A stretch of 64,000 bases of DNA from Thermodesulfovibrionales bacterium (lineage in GTDB: Bacteria > Nitrospirota > Thermodesulfovibrionia > Thermodesulfovibrionales > SM23-35), in assembly GCA_963715195.1 (NCBI GenBank), contig CAVQRT010000006.1, forward strand, positions 1-64,000, read 5' to 3'. Of the stretch, positions 39,283-49,077 are shown piece by piece. A program made the position numbers and the translations under genes. Position 1 is the stretch's first letter. Each line of letters starts with the position of its first letter. Below the pieces are notes generated by a model. It ran no database searches. It saw only the letters and a program-made list of their open reading frames with translations, and was not told the origin of the DNA.

Positions 39283-40242
39283 ATGGACATAAAGTCATAT
39301 CTTGAAGAAAAACGCGGATTCATTAATGTGTATCTGAAAGCGTATTTTGCATCAACCATGTTACCTGACGCGCTTTATAAGTCGATAACATATTCCCTCT
39401 TTGCCGGAGGCAAGAGGATACGGCCGATTCTTGCTCTCGCCTCTTATGAAGCATGCGACGGACATGCACAGGACATCCTGCCGCAGGCTGCGGCCCTTGA
39501 ACTTATTCATACCTATTCCCTTATCCATGACGACCTCCCTTCAATGGATGACGATGACCTGCGGCGTGGCCAGCCGACAAACCACAAGGTCTTTGGTGAG
39601 GCAATCGCCATTCTTTCAGGTGATGCACTCCTGACGGAGGCCTTTTTTATGATGTCGAATATGCAGTCTCACGATGCACGATCCACAATGCACGATACCG
39701 GTGAGGAATATCATAATCATCGTGAACATTCACCAAAATATTCCTCTCCTATAACCTGTCGCCTTTTATTAAGAGCTCTGAGTGAAGTTGCTTTTGCATC
39801 AGGTATTCGCGGCATGGTTGGGGGGCAGGCGCAGGATATCCTCGCAGAAAATTCTGAACCGGACAAGGAAACCCTCGATTTTATCCATCTGCACAAAACG
39901 GCGGCACTTATTGCTGCTTCTGTGCGTATCGGACCGATTCTCGCTGACAGCGGCACGGGGAGGCTTAACGCATTGACACGATACGGCGAAAGCATCGGGC
40001 TGGCCTTTCAGATCGTTGATGACCTGCTGGATGTCGAGGGTACAACGCGGGAACTCGGGAAACCTGTCGGCTCAGACCGTAAAAAAAGAAAATTGACTTA
40101 CCCGTCTCTTTACGGTATAGATGTCGCCAGGAAGAAGGCAGAAGATTGTCTGACGGAGGCACTGCATGCACTGAAGGAATTTTCATCGTCAGCGGATCCC
40201 CTGAGAGAGATTGCACATTATCTTGTCCTGAGGAGGCACTAA
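39283..40242 (+). CDS. ispA: Polyprenyl (farnesyl/geranylgeranyl) diphosphate synthase with an internal insertion
   Basis: GGKRIRP, SLIHDDLPSMDDDDLRRG, GQ, KT, FQIVDDLLD. Confidence 0.93.
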   Translation: MDIKSYLEEKRGFINVYLKAYFASTMLPDALYKSITYSLFAGGKRIRPILALASYEACDGHAQDILPQAAALELIHTYSLIHDDLPSMDDDDLRRGQPTNHKVFGEAIAILSGDALLTEAFFMMSNMQSHDARSTMHDTGEEYHNHREHSPKYSSPITCRLLLRALSEVAFASGIRGMVGGQAQDILAENSEPDKETLDFIHLHKTAALIAASVRIGPILADSGTGRLNALTRYGESIGLAFQIVDDLLDVEGTTRELGKPVGSDRKKRKLTYPSLYGIDVARKKAEDCLTEALHALKEFSSSADPLREIAHYLVLRRH

Positions 40243-42125
40243 TGCATCTGGAGCAGATCACATCGCCGGAAGATATCAAGAGACTTTCCGTAAGGGAATT
40301 GAGACGACTTGCGCGGGAGATAAAGAATACGATCATAGAGCGTGTCTCCCTGAACGGCGGTCATCTGGCTTCAAACCTTGGTGTGATAGAACTGACCCTG
40401 GCACTTCATTATGTCTTTGATTCCCCTGACGATAAAATCATCTGGGATGTAGGACATCAGGCATATCCCCATAAGCTCTTGACCGGCCGGTACAGCCGTT
40501 TTTCGAGCATCAGGAAATATCGTGGCCTTTCCGGTTTTCCCAAGAGAAACGAAAGCGAACATGATCCGTTTGGAACCGGGCACAGTTCAACGTCGATATC
40601 TGCAGCACTGGGAATTCTTGAAGGCAGGGATAAGAACAATGAACAGTTCAAGGTCATCGCCGTCATCGGCGACGGAGCAATGACAGGTGGCCTTGCTTTT
40701 GAGGGATTGAACAACGCAGGCCATGTCGGGAAGGATCTGATCGTAATTCTCAATGACAACGAAATGTCCATCTCGAAGAATGTCGGAGCGCTCCCTGCAT
40801 ATCTTAACAGGATGCTTACGGGTGATTTGTATCAGAAGATCAAGAAAGAGACGAAGTCGCGTCTTGAGAGTATTCCCAAGGTGGGTGGGAGAGCGGCGAA
40901 GTTGGCACAGAAGACGGAAGAAATGTTCAAGAGACTGTTTCTTCCCGGAATCATCTTTGAAGAACTGGGGTTTACCTATGTCGGTCCCGTTGACGGACAT
41001 GATGTCGAACTGTTGATCAGAACATTGAAGCGCGTTCAAAATGAATCGACACCGACGCTTGTGCACGTTATAACGAAAAAGGGCCGTGGGTACGAATTTT
41101 CCGAGAAATACCCTTCCCTCTACCACGGGGTTGGGCCGTTCAAACTCGAAACAGGGTCGCCGGTTCGAGCAAACCGCCTCACCTACAGTGAAATATTCGG
41201 GAATATCCTCACGGAGTTGGCAGAGCGTGATCCGAAAATTATTGCGATTACCGCGGCCATGAAAGAAGGCACAGGTCTTGAACTATTTGCGAAAAGACAT
41301 CCCGACCGGTTCTACGATGTCGGAATAGCCGAGCAGCATGCGGTCACTTTTGCCGCTGGTCTTGCAACGCAGGGGCAGAAACCTTTTGTTGCGATATATT
41401 CGACATTTCTCCAGAGAGCGTACGATCAGATTATTCATGACGTCTGTCTTCAGAATCTTCCGGTTATTTTCGCAATTGACAGGAGCGGGATTGTCGGGGA
41501 AGACGGGCCGACTCACCACGGCACATTCGATATCTCCTATCTGCGGCATATCCCGAACATTACCGTTATGGAACCGAAGAACGAAACCGAACTTGCAGCG
41601 ATGATGGAACTGGCAGTCTCCTGTAAAGGCCCTGTTGCCATCCGTTACCCAAGGGGCACTGCAGAGTCTCTTCCTCAACATGCTCCGGCTCAGTGCCCGT
41701 TCAGGATCGGGGAAGCAGAGATTCTGAAGGAAGGAAAGGATGTTGCTCTCATTGCATTGGGGAGGACAGTATACGCAGCCCGGCGTGTTTCGGAGAAACT
41801 CGAAAAAGACGGTATTTCCGCAATGGTCATCAATGCACGTTTTGTAAAGCCTCTCGACCATACCCTGCTTTCTTCTGTTGTTTCCCTGGTTCCCCGGATA
41901 GTCACGATAGAAGAAAATGCCCTTCAGGGCGGATTCGGAAGCGCAATTCTCGAATTCCTGAATGAAATAGAAGCATCCCACATTCGGGTCAGACGTGTCG
42001 GCATACCGGATGTGTTTGTTGAGCAGGGTAATCAAAACGAATTGCGACGGCAATACGGACTAGATGATGAAGGGATCTACCTTGCAGTCCATTCTTTCCT
42101 GACGGAACCGACCTATACCTATTGA
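40242..42125 (+). CDS. dxs: 1-deoxy-D-xylulose-5-phosphate synthase
   Basis: GGHLASNLG, WDVGHQ, GDGAMTGG, DVGIAEQH, DGPTHHG; TAATG overlap with ispA. Confidence 0.98.
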   Translation: MHLEQITSPEDIKRLSVRELRRLAREIKNTIIERVSLNGGHLASNLGVIELTLALHYVFDSPDDKIIWDVGHQAYPHKLLTGRYSRFSSIRKYRGLSGFPKRNESEHDPFGTGHSSTSISAALGILEGRDKNNEQFKVIAVIGDGAMTGGLAFEGLNNAGHVGKDLIVILNDNEMSISKNVGALPAYLNRMLTGDLYQKIKKETKSRLESIPKVGGRAAKLAQKTEEMFKRLFLPGIIFEELGFTYVGPVDGHDVELLIRTLKRVQNESTPTLVHVITKKGRGYEFSEKYPSLYHGVGPFKLETGSPVRANRLTYSEIFGNILTELAERDPKIIAITAAMKEGTGLELFAKRHPDRFYDVGIAEQHAVTFAAGLATQGQKPFVAIYSTFLQRAYDQIIHDVCLQNLPVIFAIDRSGIVGEDGPTHHGTFDISYLRHIPNITVMEPKNETELAAMMELAVSCKGPVAIRYPRGTAESLPQHAPAQCPFRIGEAEILKEGKDVALIALGRTVYAARRVSEKLEKDGISAMVINARFVKPLDHTLLSSVVSLVPRIVTIEENALQGGFGSAILEFLNEIEASHIRVRRVGIPDVFVEQGNQNELRRQYGLDDEGIYLAVHSFLTEPTYTY

Positions 42126-42895
42126 AAGAACGTCTGGATAAGATTCTTGTCTCAAGAGGCCTTGTGAAGAGCAGGGAGCTTGCGAGATCCCTTATTATAG
42201 AGGGCAGAATCTTTGTTGACGGCAGGAAGATTACCAAGGCGGGGACGCCGGTCAGCGATGTTTCTGAAATACTTCTGAGAGAAACTGGGGTGCCCTTTGT
42301 GAGCAGGGGAGGGTTGAAGCTCGATGCCGCGTTAGACTTTTTTGCCGTTGACGCGACGGACAAAGTTTTTATTGATGTCGGTTCCTCATCTGGTGGTTTT
42401 ACTGACTGTCTTCTCAAAAGGGGTGCTCGAAAAATCTATTGCATTGACGTCGGATACGGACAGCTCGCCTGGACATTGCGGCAGGATTCAAGAGTGGTAC
42501 CGCTCGAGCGGACAAACATCAGGAATCTCGATGGTATGGTGCAGCAGAAAGATCCCAAAATAGAACGTGAAGTATTTGATGACCTGAAAATGAAAAGAGT
42601 GGACATGGCCGTCATCGATGTATCTTTTATTTCTCTTATACTAGTTGTTCCGGAAACGCTGAAATTCCTGAAAGAAACGGGTGAAGTGCTCGCCCTCGTG
42701 AAACCCCAGTTCGAGGTAGGCAAAGGAGAGGTAGGCAAAGGGGGAATCATAAGGGATGAAGACAAAAGATGGTCCGCGGTTAGAAGAGTTCGGGGTGAAC
42801 TTGAAGCTGTCGGATTGCGAGCCGCAGGTGTTTTTGAGTCTCCCGTCCCGGGGCAGAAAGGCAATATCGAATATTTTCTGTATATGAAAAGGTAG
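42122..42895 (+). CDS. tlyA: TlyA family rRNA (cytidine-2'-O)-methyltransferase
   Basis: S4 domain; VSRGGLKL, DVGSSSGGFTD, DVSFISL, KPQFE, GNIE. Confidence 0.95.
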   Translation: MKERLDKILVSRGLVKSRELARSLIIEGRIFVDGRKITKAGTPVSDVSEILLRETGVPFVSRGGLKLDAALDFFAVDATDKVFIDVGSSSGGFTDCLLKRGARKIYCIDVGYGQLAWTLRQDSRVVPLERTNIRNLDGMVQQKDPKIEREVFDDLKMKRVDMAVIDVSFISLILVVPETLKFLKETGEVLALVKPQFEVGKGEVGKGGIIRDEDKRWSAVRRVRGELEAVGLRAAGVFESPVPGQKGNIEYFLYMKR

Positions 42896-42902
42896 GTGTA
42901 CG

Positions 42903-43577
42903 ATGGAAAAAAGACTGTTATTGGATATCGATTATTCGAAAGCATCCCCGGTTCTGATAGAATTAATCCTTGAAGAAGCTTCAGAGCCTGCTCTTTTCGA
43001 AGAGATAGCGCAGGCGAATATGCAGAGACCAGAGATTCTTCATATTCTCATGCACCATCCGGGCACTCCACATGAAGTGAGAGAGCCCATAGCCGGCATC
43101 CTCCGCCTTCCGGTTAAACCGAAAACCGAAATCGCAGAAGTCCGGAAAACACCTGAGGAGAGGTCGCAAACGATACTGCAGAGAATTCAGAGACTCAGCG
43201 TCTCCGAGAGAATTCAACTTGCTTTCAAGGGGGGAAAGGAGATCAGAACAATCCTTCTGCGTGATCCGAACAAGGAAGTCTCACTGACTGTCCTGGATAA
43301 TCCGAAACTGACGGACACGGAGGTCGAATTGGTCGCAAAGTCACGCTCGATACCGGATGAAGCGCTGCGAAAGATAGCAAAAAAGAAGGAATGGATGAAA
43401 AATTATCATATCATCATGGCGCTGGTGACGAATCCGAAAACACCCGCGGGAATTTCCATTCCCCTTGTCTCTGATATTAAGACGAAAGACCTTGCACTTC
43501 TCGGAAAGAACAAGAATGTTTCTGAGGGGGTACGATCAATTGCCAAAAAAATATTCAGGGCCCGTCAGGCTCATTAA
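42903..43577 (+). CDS. Conserved helical-repeat hypothetical protein
   Basis: Open 224-aa ORF in operon context; RTILLRDPNK, VLDNPK, ALVTNPKTP repeats. Confidence 0.7.
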   Translation: MEKRLLLDIDYSKASPVLIELILEEASEPALFEEIAQANMQRPEILHILMHHPGTPHEVREPIAGILRLPVKPKTEIAEVRKTPEERSQTILQRIQRLSVSERIQLAFKGGKEIRTILLRDPNKEVSLTVLDNPKLTDTEVELVAKSRSIPDEALRKIAKKKEWMKNYHIIMALVTNPKTPAGISIPLVSDIKTKDLALLGKNKNVSEGVRSIAKKIFRARQAH

Positions 43578-43703
43578 AACAGGAAAATCTGTTGAAAATT
43601 CGGAACAAATACCGTTAAATAAAAAACTTGTAATTATCCATTGAGAGATTCCGATAGAAAGTGAAACAGAAGTCCATACATTTAAATATACTCTAATGAA
43701 TTT

Positions 43704-43767
43704 GTCATTCCCGCTTGTCGGGAATCCTTCCGAAAAGCAAGAAAGATTCTGGTCAAGCCGGAATGAC
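43704..43767. repeat. RPE/REP-like palindromic element, copy 2 (inverted relative to copy 1)
   Basis: GTCATTCCCGCTTGTCGGGAATC...GATTCTGGTCAAGCCGGAATGAC. Confidence 0.8.
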
Positions 43768-43806
43768 AGACTCAGTGACTGAAAATAACTTGATAAAGCA
43801 TATTTT

Positions 43807-44970
43807 ATGCTGAGGACATTCAAAGTAGACAAGGCTCATGCAGGGATTGTCCCTGAATCAACCCTTTTCAAGACGTTGAGGTATCTCGACAGAGAGCGGG
43901 TGGAAACCCCTTTTCTCCTCATAGACAAGGATAAGGTGCGGGAGAAGACGTCCCTGATCGGACGCCGTATAAAGAATTCCCGGATATTCTATGCAGTAAA
44001 GGCGAATCCGGATATCGCCATACTCAGGTACCTCAATACGCTGAAGATGAATTTTGAAATTGCATCGGAAGGTGAACTGGAAATTGTATCTTCAATCGGA
44101 GTAAAACCTTCGCGGATCATATCGAGCAACCCCGTGAAGTCGTTGAAATTTTTGCGGATGGCAGCGATAAAAGGCATCTGTTTCTTTTCTTTCGATTCTG
44201 AAGAAGAGGTCAACAAGCTTGCAGAATTCATTCCGCATGCAAACGTATACATCCGGCTCTCTGTTCCCAACGAAGGAAGCGAATGGCCGCTCAGCAAGAA
44301 ATTCGGTGTTGAACTTGATGAGGCTCTGGACCTTCTCTCGTATGCAAAAGACAAAGCGCTCAACCCGGTCGGTATTACCTTTCATGTCGGCTCCCAGTGC
44401 ACCAATATCTACAGCTGGAATATTGCACTGGATAAGGCGAAGGTGCTGTGGGACCTTGCAGAAAGGAAGGGTATCCCCTTGCAGATTCTGAATATCGGGG
44501 GAGGGTACCCGATACGCTATACCAAGCAGGTTATCGGGATCGAAGCAATAGAAAAAAATGTCAATAGTCTTATCTTCGAACGGTTTCCGGGGGATATACA
44601 CGTTCACATTGAACCGGGAAGAGCGGTTGTTGGTGATGCGGGGATACTAGTTACCACGGTTATCGGCAAGGCACGGAGAGGGGATGAAAACTGGGTTTAT
44701 CTCGATGCGGGTGTTTTCAACGGACTGATGGAAAGCGTGGGCGGTATTAAGTACAGTTACCTTGTCGAGGGCAGTGAACAGGCAAGAGCACGGAAGGATT
44801 GGACGATAGCCGGACCCAGCTGCGACAGTTTCGATGTCATCGACAAGAATGTTAAACTACCGGAGCCAACGATCGGCAGCCTCATGCTTATCCTGTCGAG
44901 TGGTGCTTATACCGTTTCCTATGCTTCAGAATTCAATGGATTTTCGATACCGAAAACAATTCTTGTATAG
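43807..44970 (+). CDS. Fold-type III PLP-dependent ornithine/lysine/arginine decarboxylase
   Basis: FYAVKAN, LSKKFG, FHVGSQ, NIGGG, EPGR, GPSCDSFD, GAYT. Confidence 0.9.
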   Translation: MLRTFKVDKAHAGIVPESTLFKTLRYLDRERVETPFLLIDKDKVREKTSLIGRRIKNSRIFYAVKANPDIAILRYLNTLKMNFEIASEGELEIVSSIGVKPSRIISSNPVKSLKFLRMAAIKGICFFSFDSEEEVNKLAEFIPHANVYIRLSVPNEGSEWPLSKKFGVELDEALDLLSYAKDKALNPVGITFHVGSQCTNIYSWNIALDKAKVLWDLAERKGIPLQILNIGGGYPIRYTKQVIGIEAIEKNVNSLIFERFPGDIHVHIEPGRAVVGDAGILVTTVIGKARRGDENWVYLDAGVFNGLMESVGGIKYSYLVEGSEQARARKDWTIAGPSCDSFDVIDKNVKLPEPTIGSLMLILSSGAYTVSYASEFNGFSIPKTILV

Positions 44971-44981
44971 AGAGGTGGACA

Positions 44982-45821
44982 ATGATTAAATTTACTGAAA
45001 GGGCTCCGTATGCGCCGGTGGAATACCAGTATGACGTTGAAGAGATTCTCTACAAGGGTAAGAGCGCTTATCAGGAGATTATGGTTATCAGAAATCCCTA
45101 TTACGGGAAGATGCTGATACTGGACGACGTTGTCCAGATGACAGAACGGGATGAATTTTTCTACCATGAGATGTTAACTCATGTTGTCTTGCATGCCCAT
45201 CCGGGCCCGAAGAAAGTTATAGTTATCGGGGGGGGGGACGGAGGTGTTGTGAGAGAGGTTCTGAAACACAAAACCATCGAAAAAGTCTTCTTTGTGGAAA
45301 TCGATGAGGAAGTGATCAATATCTCAAGGAAATTTTTTCCGAATGTGTCTTCTGGTGTCGACGATCCCCGTGTCGAAATCAAGATTATGGATGGCGCGGA
45401 TTTTGTGGCCAGAAGGAAGGCTTCCGACATAGATGCCGTTATCATCGATTCTACAGATATTATCGGTTTTGCACGGAGTCTTTTTACCCCCGCATTTTTT
45501 ACAGCAGTCAGGAATTGCCTTTCAGATCAGGGTATGTTTGTGACCCATACCGAGTCACTTCACTTTCACAAGGATATGGTTATTGAAATTCAGGAAGCAC
45601 TGAAAAAAATTTTCCCGCTTGTTGATCTCTATACTGCTGCCATTGCTACCTATCCAGGCAACTGGTGGGCGTTCGCAATTGCGTCCAAAGGAGTGTCCCC
45701 TCGTGAGGTGAGGAACAAAAGAAAAATAAAAGCAAGATATTACAGCACTGAAGTCCATCAGCAATCATTCATGCCCCGGGAATTGTATGAAAAGCTTATG
45801 AAAAGGAAACTGGAATGGTAA
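44982..45821 (+). CDS. speE: Polyamine aminopropyltransferase (spermidine synthase)
   Basis: SAYQEI, DEFFYHEML, VIGGGDGG, VEID, IIDSTD. Confidence 0.9.
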   Translation: MIKFTERAPYAPVEYQYDVEEILYKGKSAYQEIMVIRNPYYGKMLILDDVVQMTERDEFFYHEMLTHVVLHAHPGPKKVIVIGGGDGGVVREVLKHKTIEKVFFVEIDEEVINISRKFFPNVSSGVDDPRVEIKIMDGADFVARRKASDIDAVIIDSTDIIGFARSLFTPAFFTAVRNCLSDQGMFVTHTESLHFHKDMVIEIQEALKKIFPLVDLYTAAIATYPGNWWAFAIASKGVSPREVRNKRKIKARYYSTEVHQQSFMPRELYEKLMKRKLEW

Positions 45822-45827
45822 TGAATT

Positions 45828-46712
45828 ATGAAGCGTAATCAGGCGACCGAAGCCTGGTTTATCGATGAGAATAGCCCGTATCACTGGATTTACCATCGCA
45901 TAAAGAAGCATGTTGTTTCTGTCAGAACACCATTTCAGCATGTCGATATTCTTGATACCTATGAATACGGACGTATGGTGGTTCTCGACGGGCAGATCCA
46001 GTCTGCTGAGTCGGACGAGTTCATCTACCATGAGATCCTTGTCCATCCGGCCATGATAACGCATCCGAAACCTGTTCATATCCTGATCCTCGGGGCTGGT
46101 GAAGGTGCAACGCTCCGGGAGGTTCTCAGGCATCCAACTGTAGGGAGAGTTGTTATGATCGACATCGACAGGGACTTTGTGAGACTCTGTAAAAGATATT
46201 TAAAAAAATGGCATAGGGGGTCGTTTACAAACCAGAAAGTCGAACTGGTCTATGATGATGCTATTGCCTATCTCCAGAAGACCACAGACAAATTTGATGT
46301 GATCATCGCTGATATCAGCGACCCTGCTGATAATGGTCCCGCTCATTCGATCTATACGGAAAAATTCTATGCCCTGATCAAAAAAGCGTTGATGTCCGAC
46401 GGGATCTTCGTCACACACACGACTACTGTTTATTATGTTCCGCATAAAAATTATTCCTCCGGGATTATGAAAAAACTCCTGAGAATATTTCCGAATGTCG
46501 ATCCATATTACGAATATATTCCGAGTTTCGGGACCTTATGGTCCTACGCAACCGGTTCTTCTAAGTACAGTCCGAAGGCGATATCCGCAAAACTCATTAA
46601 ACAGAGAATGAGAATGAGGGGAATCAAAAACCTTTCCTATTACACCCCCGAAATGCATAAAAGATTATTCATAATGCCACCCTGCCTGAAAAAGAATCTC
46701 CCATTCGATTAA
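45828..46712 (+). CDS. Second aminopropyltransferase (spermine/thermospermine synthase-like)
   Basis: TPFQHV, LDGQIQSAESDEFIYHE, LGAGEGATLRE, ADISDP, YIPSFG. Confidence 0.85.
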   Translation: MKRNQATEAWFIDENSPYHWIYHRIKKHVVSVRTPFQHVDILDTYEYGRMVVLDGQIQSAESDEFIYHEILVHPAMITHPKPVHILILGAGEGATLREVLRHPTVGRVVMIDIDRDFVRLCKRYLKKWHRGSFTNQKVELVYDDAIAYLQKTTDKFDVIIADISDPADNGPAHSIYTEKFYALIKKALMSDGIFVTHTTTVYYVPHKNYSSGIMKKLLRIFPNVDPYYEYIPSFGTLWSYATGSSKYSPKAISAKLIKQRMRMRGIKNLSYYTPEMHKRLFIMPPCLKKNLPFD

Positions 46713-46763
46713 GACGATATATGATATAATGAAGATTATTGGTCAGCAGGAGGTCTCGCGGAG

Positions 46764-47072
46764 ATGCCGATTTATGAATATGTATGTGATGACTGTGGTA
46801 AGCAGCGTGAAGTGATACAAAAAATTACTGATCAGCCGTTAAGGACCTGCCCCGATTGCGGGGGGAAGGTACATAAGCTTATATCACAAACGTCTTTTGT
46901 TTTAAAAGGAAATGGCTGGTATGTGACCGATTATGCCTCACCGGAAAGGAAAAAGGCGCAGGAGGCTGATGCGCCTGTTTGTTCAAAGAAACAGGAGAAA
47001 ACAGATATAAGGACAGAGGGGAAGGCGGAGACAAAGGCAGAATCCCACGCAGGGACGGTATCCAAGAGCTAG
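46764..47072 (+). CDS. FmdB family zinc-ribbon protein
   Basis: [12 protein letters not shown]...[22 protein letters not shown]. Confidence 0.9.
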   Translation: MPIYEYVCDDCGKQREVIQKITDQPLRTCPDCGGKVHKLISQTSFVLKGNGWYVTDYASPERKKAQEADAPVCSKKQEKTDIRTEGKAETKAESHAGTVSKS

Positions 47073-47827
47073 TGGTCAATCCGCACGTTCATGTCCCCTT
47101 TGACAGGGTGGGGCAGTATCTCGGGTTTATTAACGACAAAAGAGTCAATCTTGAGCTTTATTTCCCGTCGACGGTCATTGATTCCGTCAGGAGTACTGAC
47201 CTCATTCATTTCAAAAAGACTCTGAACTATACACCTGCTCTGAGCATTCATGCACCTTTTATGGATCTGTCCCCGGGTGCCGTTGATCCCAAGATCCGAG
47301 CAGTTACCATTGAGCGGTTCCTTCAGATTTTCGATATTGCTGAAATTCTTGAGCCGAAATCGATTGTGTTTCACTCAGGATATGAGAAATGGAAATATGC
47401 CTTGGATGTGAACCTCTGGCTGGAAAAAAGTCTGAAGACATGGCCGGTCCTTATAAGAAAAGCCGTTGACAGGAATATCAAAATTGTTATCGAGAATGTC
47501 TTTGAAGATGAACCGGGCAATTTACGCCTGCTGATGGAGAACATAGGGTCCGATCATTTCGGACTGTGCTTCGATACCGGACATTGCAACCTTTTCTCAA
47601 CCGTTCCACTCGATGAGTGGATGGAACAACTGAAGCCCTACATTCTTGAATTGCATCTCCACGACAATAGCAGGGCAGCCGACGACCACATGGCTGTAGG
47701 AGATGGAACGTTTGATTTTAATCTGCTCTTTTCATCATTGAAAGGCCGCGACATGATCTATACTATTGAAGGGCATACCCCTGAAGATGTCACGAAAAGC
47801 ATGCAGAAACTGAATGAGTATCTATAG
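47072..47827 (+). CDS. Sugar phosphate isomerase / AP endonuclease 2-like TIM-barrel protein
   Basis: SIHAPFMDL, VFHSG, IENV, CFDTGH, HLHDN...DDH. Confidence 0.85.
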   Translation: MVNPHVHVPFDRVGQYLGFINDKRVNLELYFPSTVIDSVRSTDLIHFKKTLNYTPALSIHAPFMDLSPGAVDPKIRAVTIERFLQIFDIAEILEPKSIVFHSGYEKWKYALDVNLWLEKSLKTWPVLIRKAVDRNIKIVIENVFEDEPGNLRLLMENIGSDHFGLCFDTGHCNLFSTVPLDEWMEQLKPYILELHLHDNSRAADDHMAVGDGTFDFNLLFSSLKGRDMIYTIEGHTPEDVTKSMQKLNEYL

Positions 47828-48958
47828 TGTCCCCGCCTGATTTCTCATGGAAAAGCCTTGCATCTGTGGATACCCTCTCCCTTTGTATTGCACCATCACC
47901 TTATGGGTTTCACCGAGAGTGCCGGGAAAAATCAATCTCTTGATGCGGGCAACCTCGAAGAGATAGTCCGCAGAGTTCTTTAGAAGATTTTGAATCTCCC
48001 GGTCGATTCCGAGTGATATCAGATACGTTCCCTGGCGGCAGAATCCGATGGTCTGAAATCCCACACACTCGCCCCATTTCTTGACCGATGAGAAATTGAC
48101 ATGAGCGGTTATGTCCTGATGACCGATATTTATATAGGGATTTTCATGGACCTGATGTTGAAAGTAACAGAGCAGGGTGCCCCTGTTGCGATCCTCACTG
48201 TAATATTCAAGTGCAGGGTAGCCATAATCAACGGTAAGAATGAACCCCTCCGACAGGACATCAGCGGCTGAGCGTAACCATTCCTTAATTCCGAGATTAA
48301 TTTCAGTTTTGTATCCCTTCGGGAGTTGTATCGCGAATTCTTGCAAGTAATCAATCAGGGAATCTGTGTGGGGATTGCGGTTCACTTCCTGAAAAGGAGG
48401 CGTTGATTGCCCACCTTGTCTGTTCAGATCAAGGTAAATTTCCCTGAGTTCCTCTTCCATCTCTATCAGGTGAACCGGGAAAGCATCGAGGAGTTCATTC
48501 GAGAGGATGCACCCCTTTCTCCTTCCCGCCTGCTCCAGGGAAGAAATCCATCTGACCTTGCCCGCATATTTATTGAGGACACTCCTCTGCTTCAGGATTA
48601 CTGAGGGATTTGTCTCCACAATCAGATAGGTGAATGAGGAAAAAAAGTCACGGTTCTGAAGATAATGCAGGATATCCAGGCACATGAGTCCAGCCCCGGC
48701 GCCGGGCTCGATCGCAGAAAAGTCTGAAGGTCTTCCTAGGAGTTCCCACATCTCTTCGATTTGTCTGGCAATCATTGCGCCGAATACAGGATGAACATGC
48801 TGGCTTGTGTAAAAATCGCCAGCCTTGCCGATCTCGATATGTTCCGACGCATAATATCCGAGTCCGGGTTCATAAAGTGCCATATGCATGAACGTTTCAA
48901 AGGAAATCGGCCCTTCCGTTTTGATCTTGTCGATAATCTTTTTTTCAAGCAGATTCAT
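47822..48958 (-). CDS. SAM-dependent methyltransferase, MidA/NDUFAF7 family
   Basis: FMHMALY..GYY, GDFYTS, EPGAGAG, SNELLDAFP, DYG, QDITAHVNF. Confidence 0.92.
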   Translation of the reverse strand: MNLLEKKIIDKIKTEGPISFETFMHMALYEPGLGYYASEHIEIGKAGDFYTSQHVHPVFGAMIARQIEEMWELLGRPSDFSAIEPGAGAGLMCLDILHYLQNRDFFSSFTYLIVETNPSVILKQRSVLNKYAGKVRWISSLEQAGRRKGCILSNELLDAFPVHLIEMEEELREIYLDLNRQGGQSTPPFQEVNRNPHTDSLIDYLQEFAIQLPKGYKTEINLGIKEWLRSAADVLSEGFILTVDYGYPALEYYSEDRNRGTLLCYFQHQVHENPYINIGHQDITAHVNFSSVKKWGECVGFQTIGFCRQGTYLISLGIDREIQNLLKNSADYLFEVARIKRLIFPGTLGETHKVMVQYKGRGYPQMQGFSMRNQAGTL

Positions 48959-49077
48959 CGTCGCTATACATTTTCTCTGAAACAGCAGGTGTATATCAAG
49001 ATGCCGGCTGGTTTGGGCATTTCGCCATAGTATTTACAAAGATTACAAGACGAAGAGTTTGTTGTGAATGACGTGTT

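Noticed and set aside
40146..40241. N-terminal extensions of dxs, the TIM-barrel gene (46979) and nusG-II (2122) in the ORF track
   Set aside because: They overlap upstream genes; downstream starts at stop/start junctions are more plausible
42520..42600. Apparent ~15-aa insertion in TlyA
   Set aside because: No repeat structure in the DNA; cannot be distinguished from ordinary loop variation without an alignment
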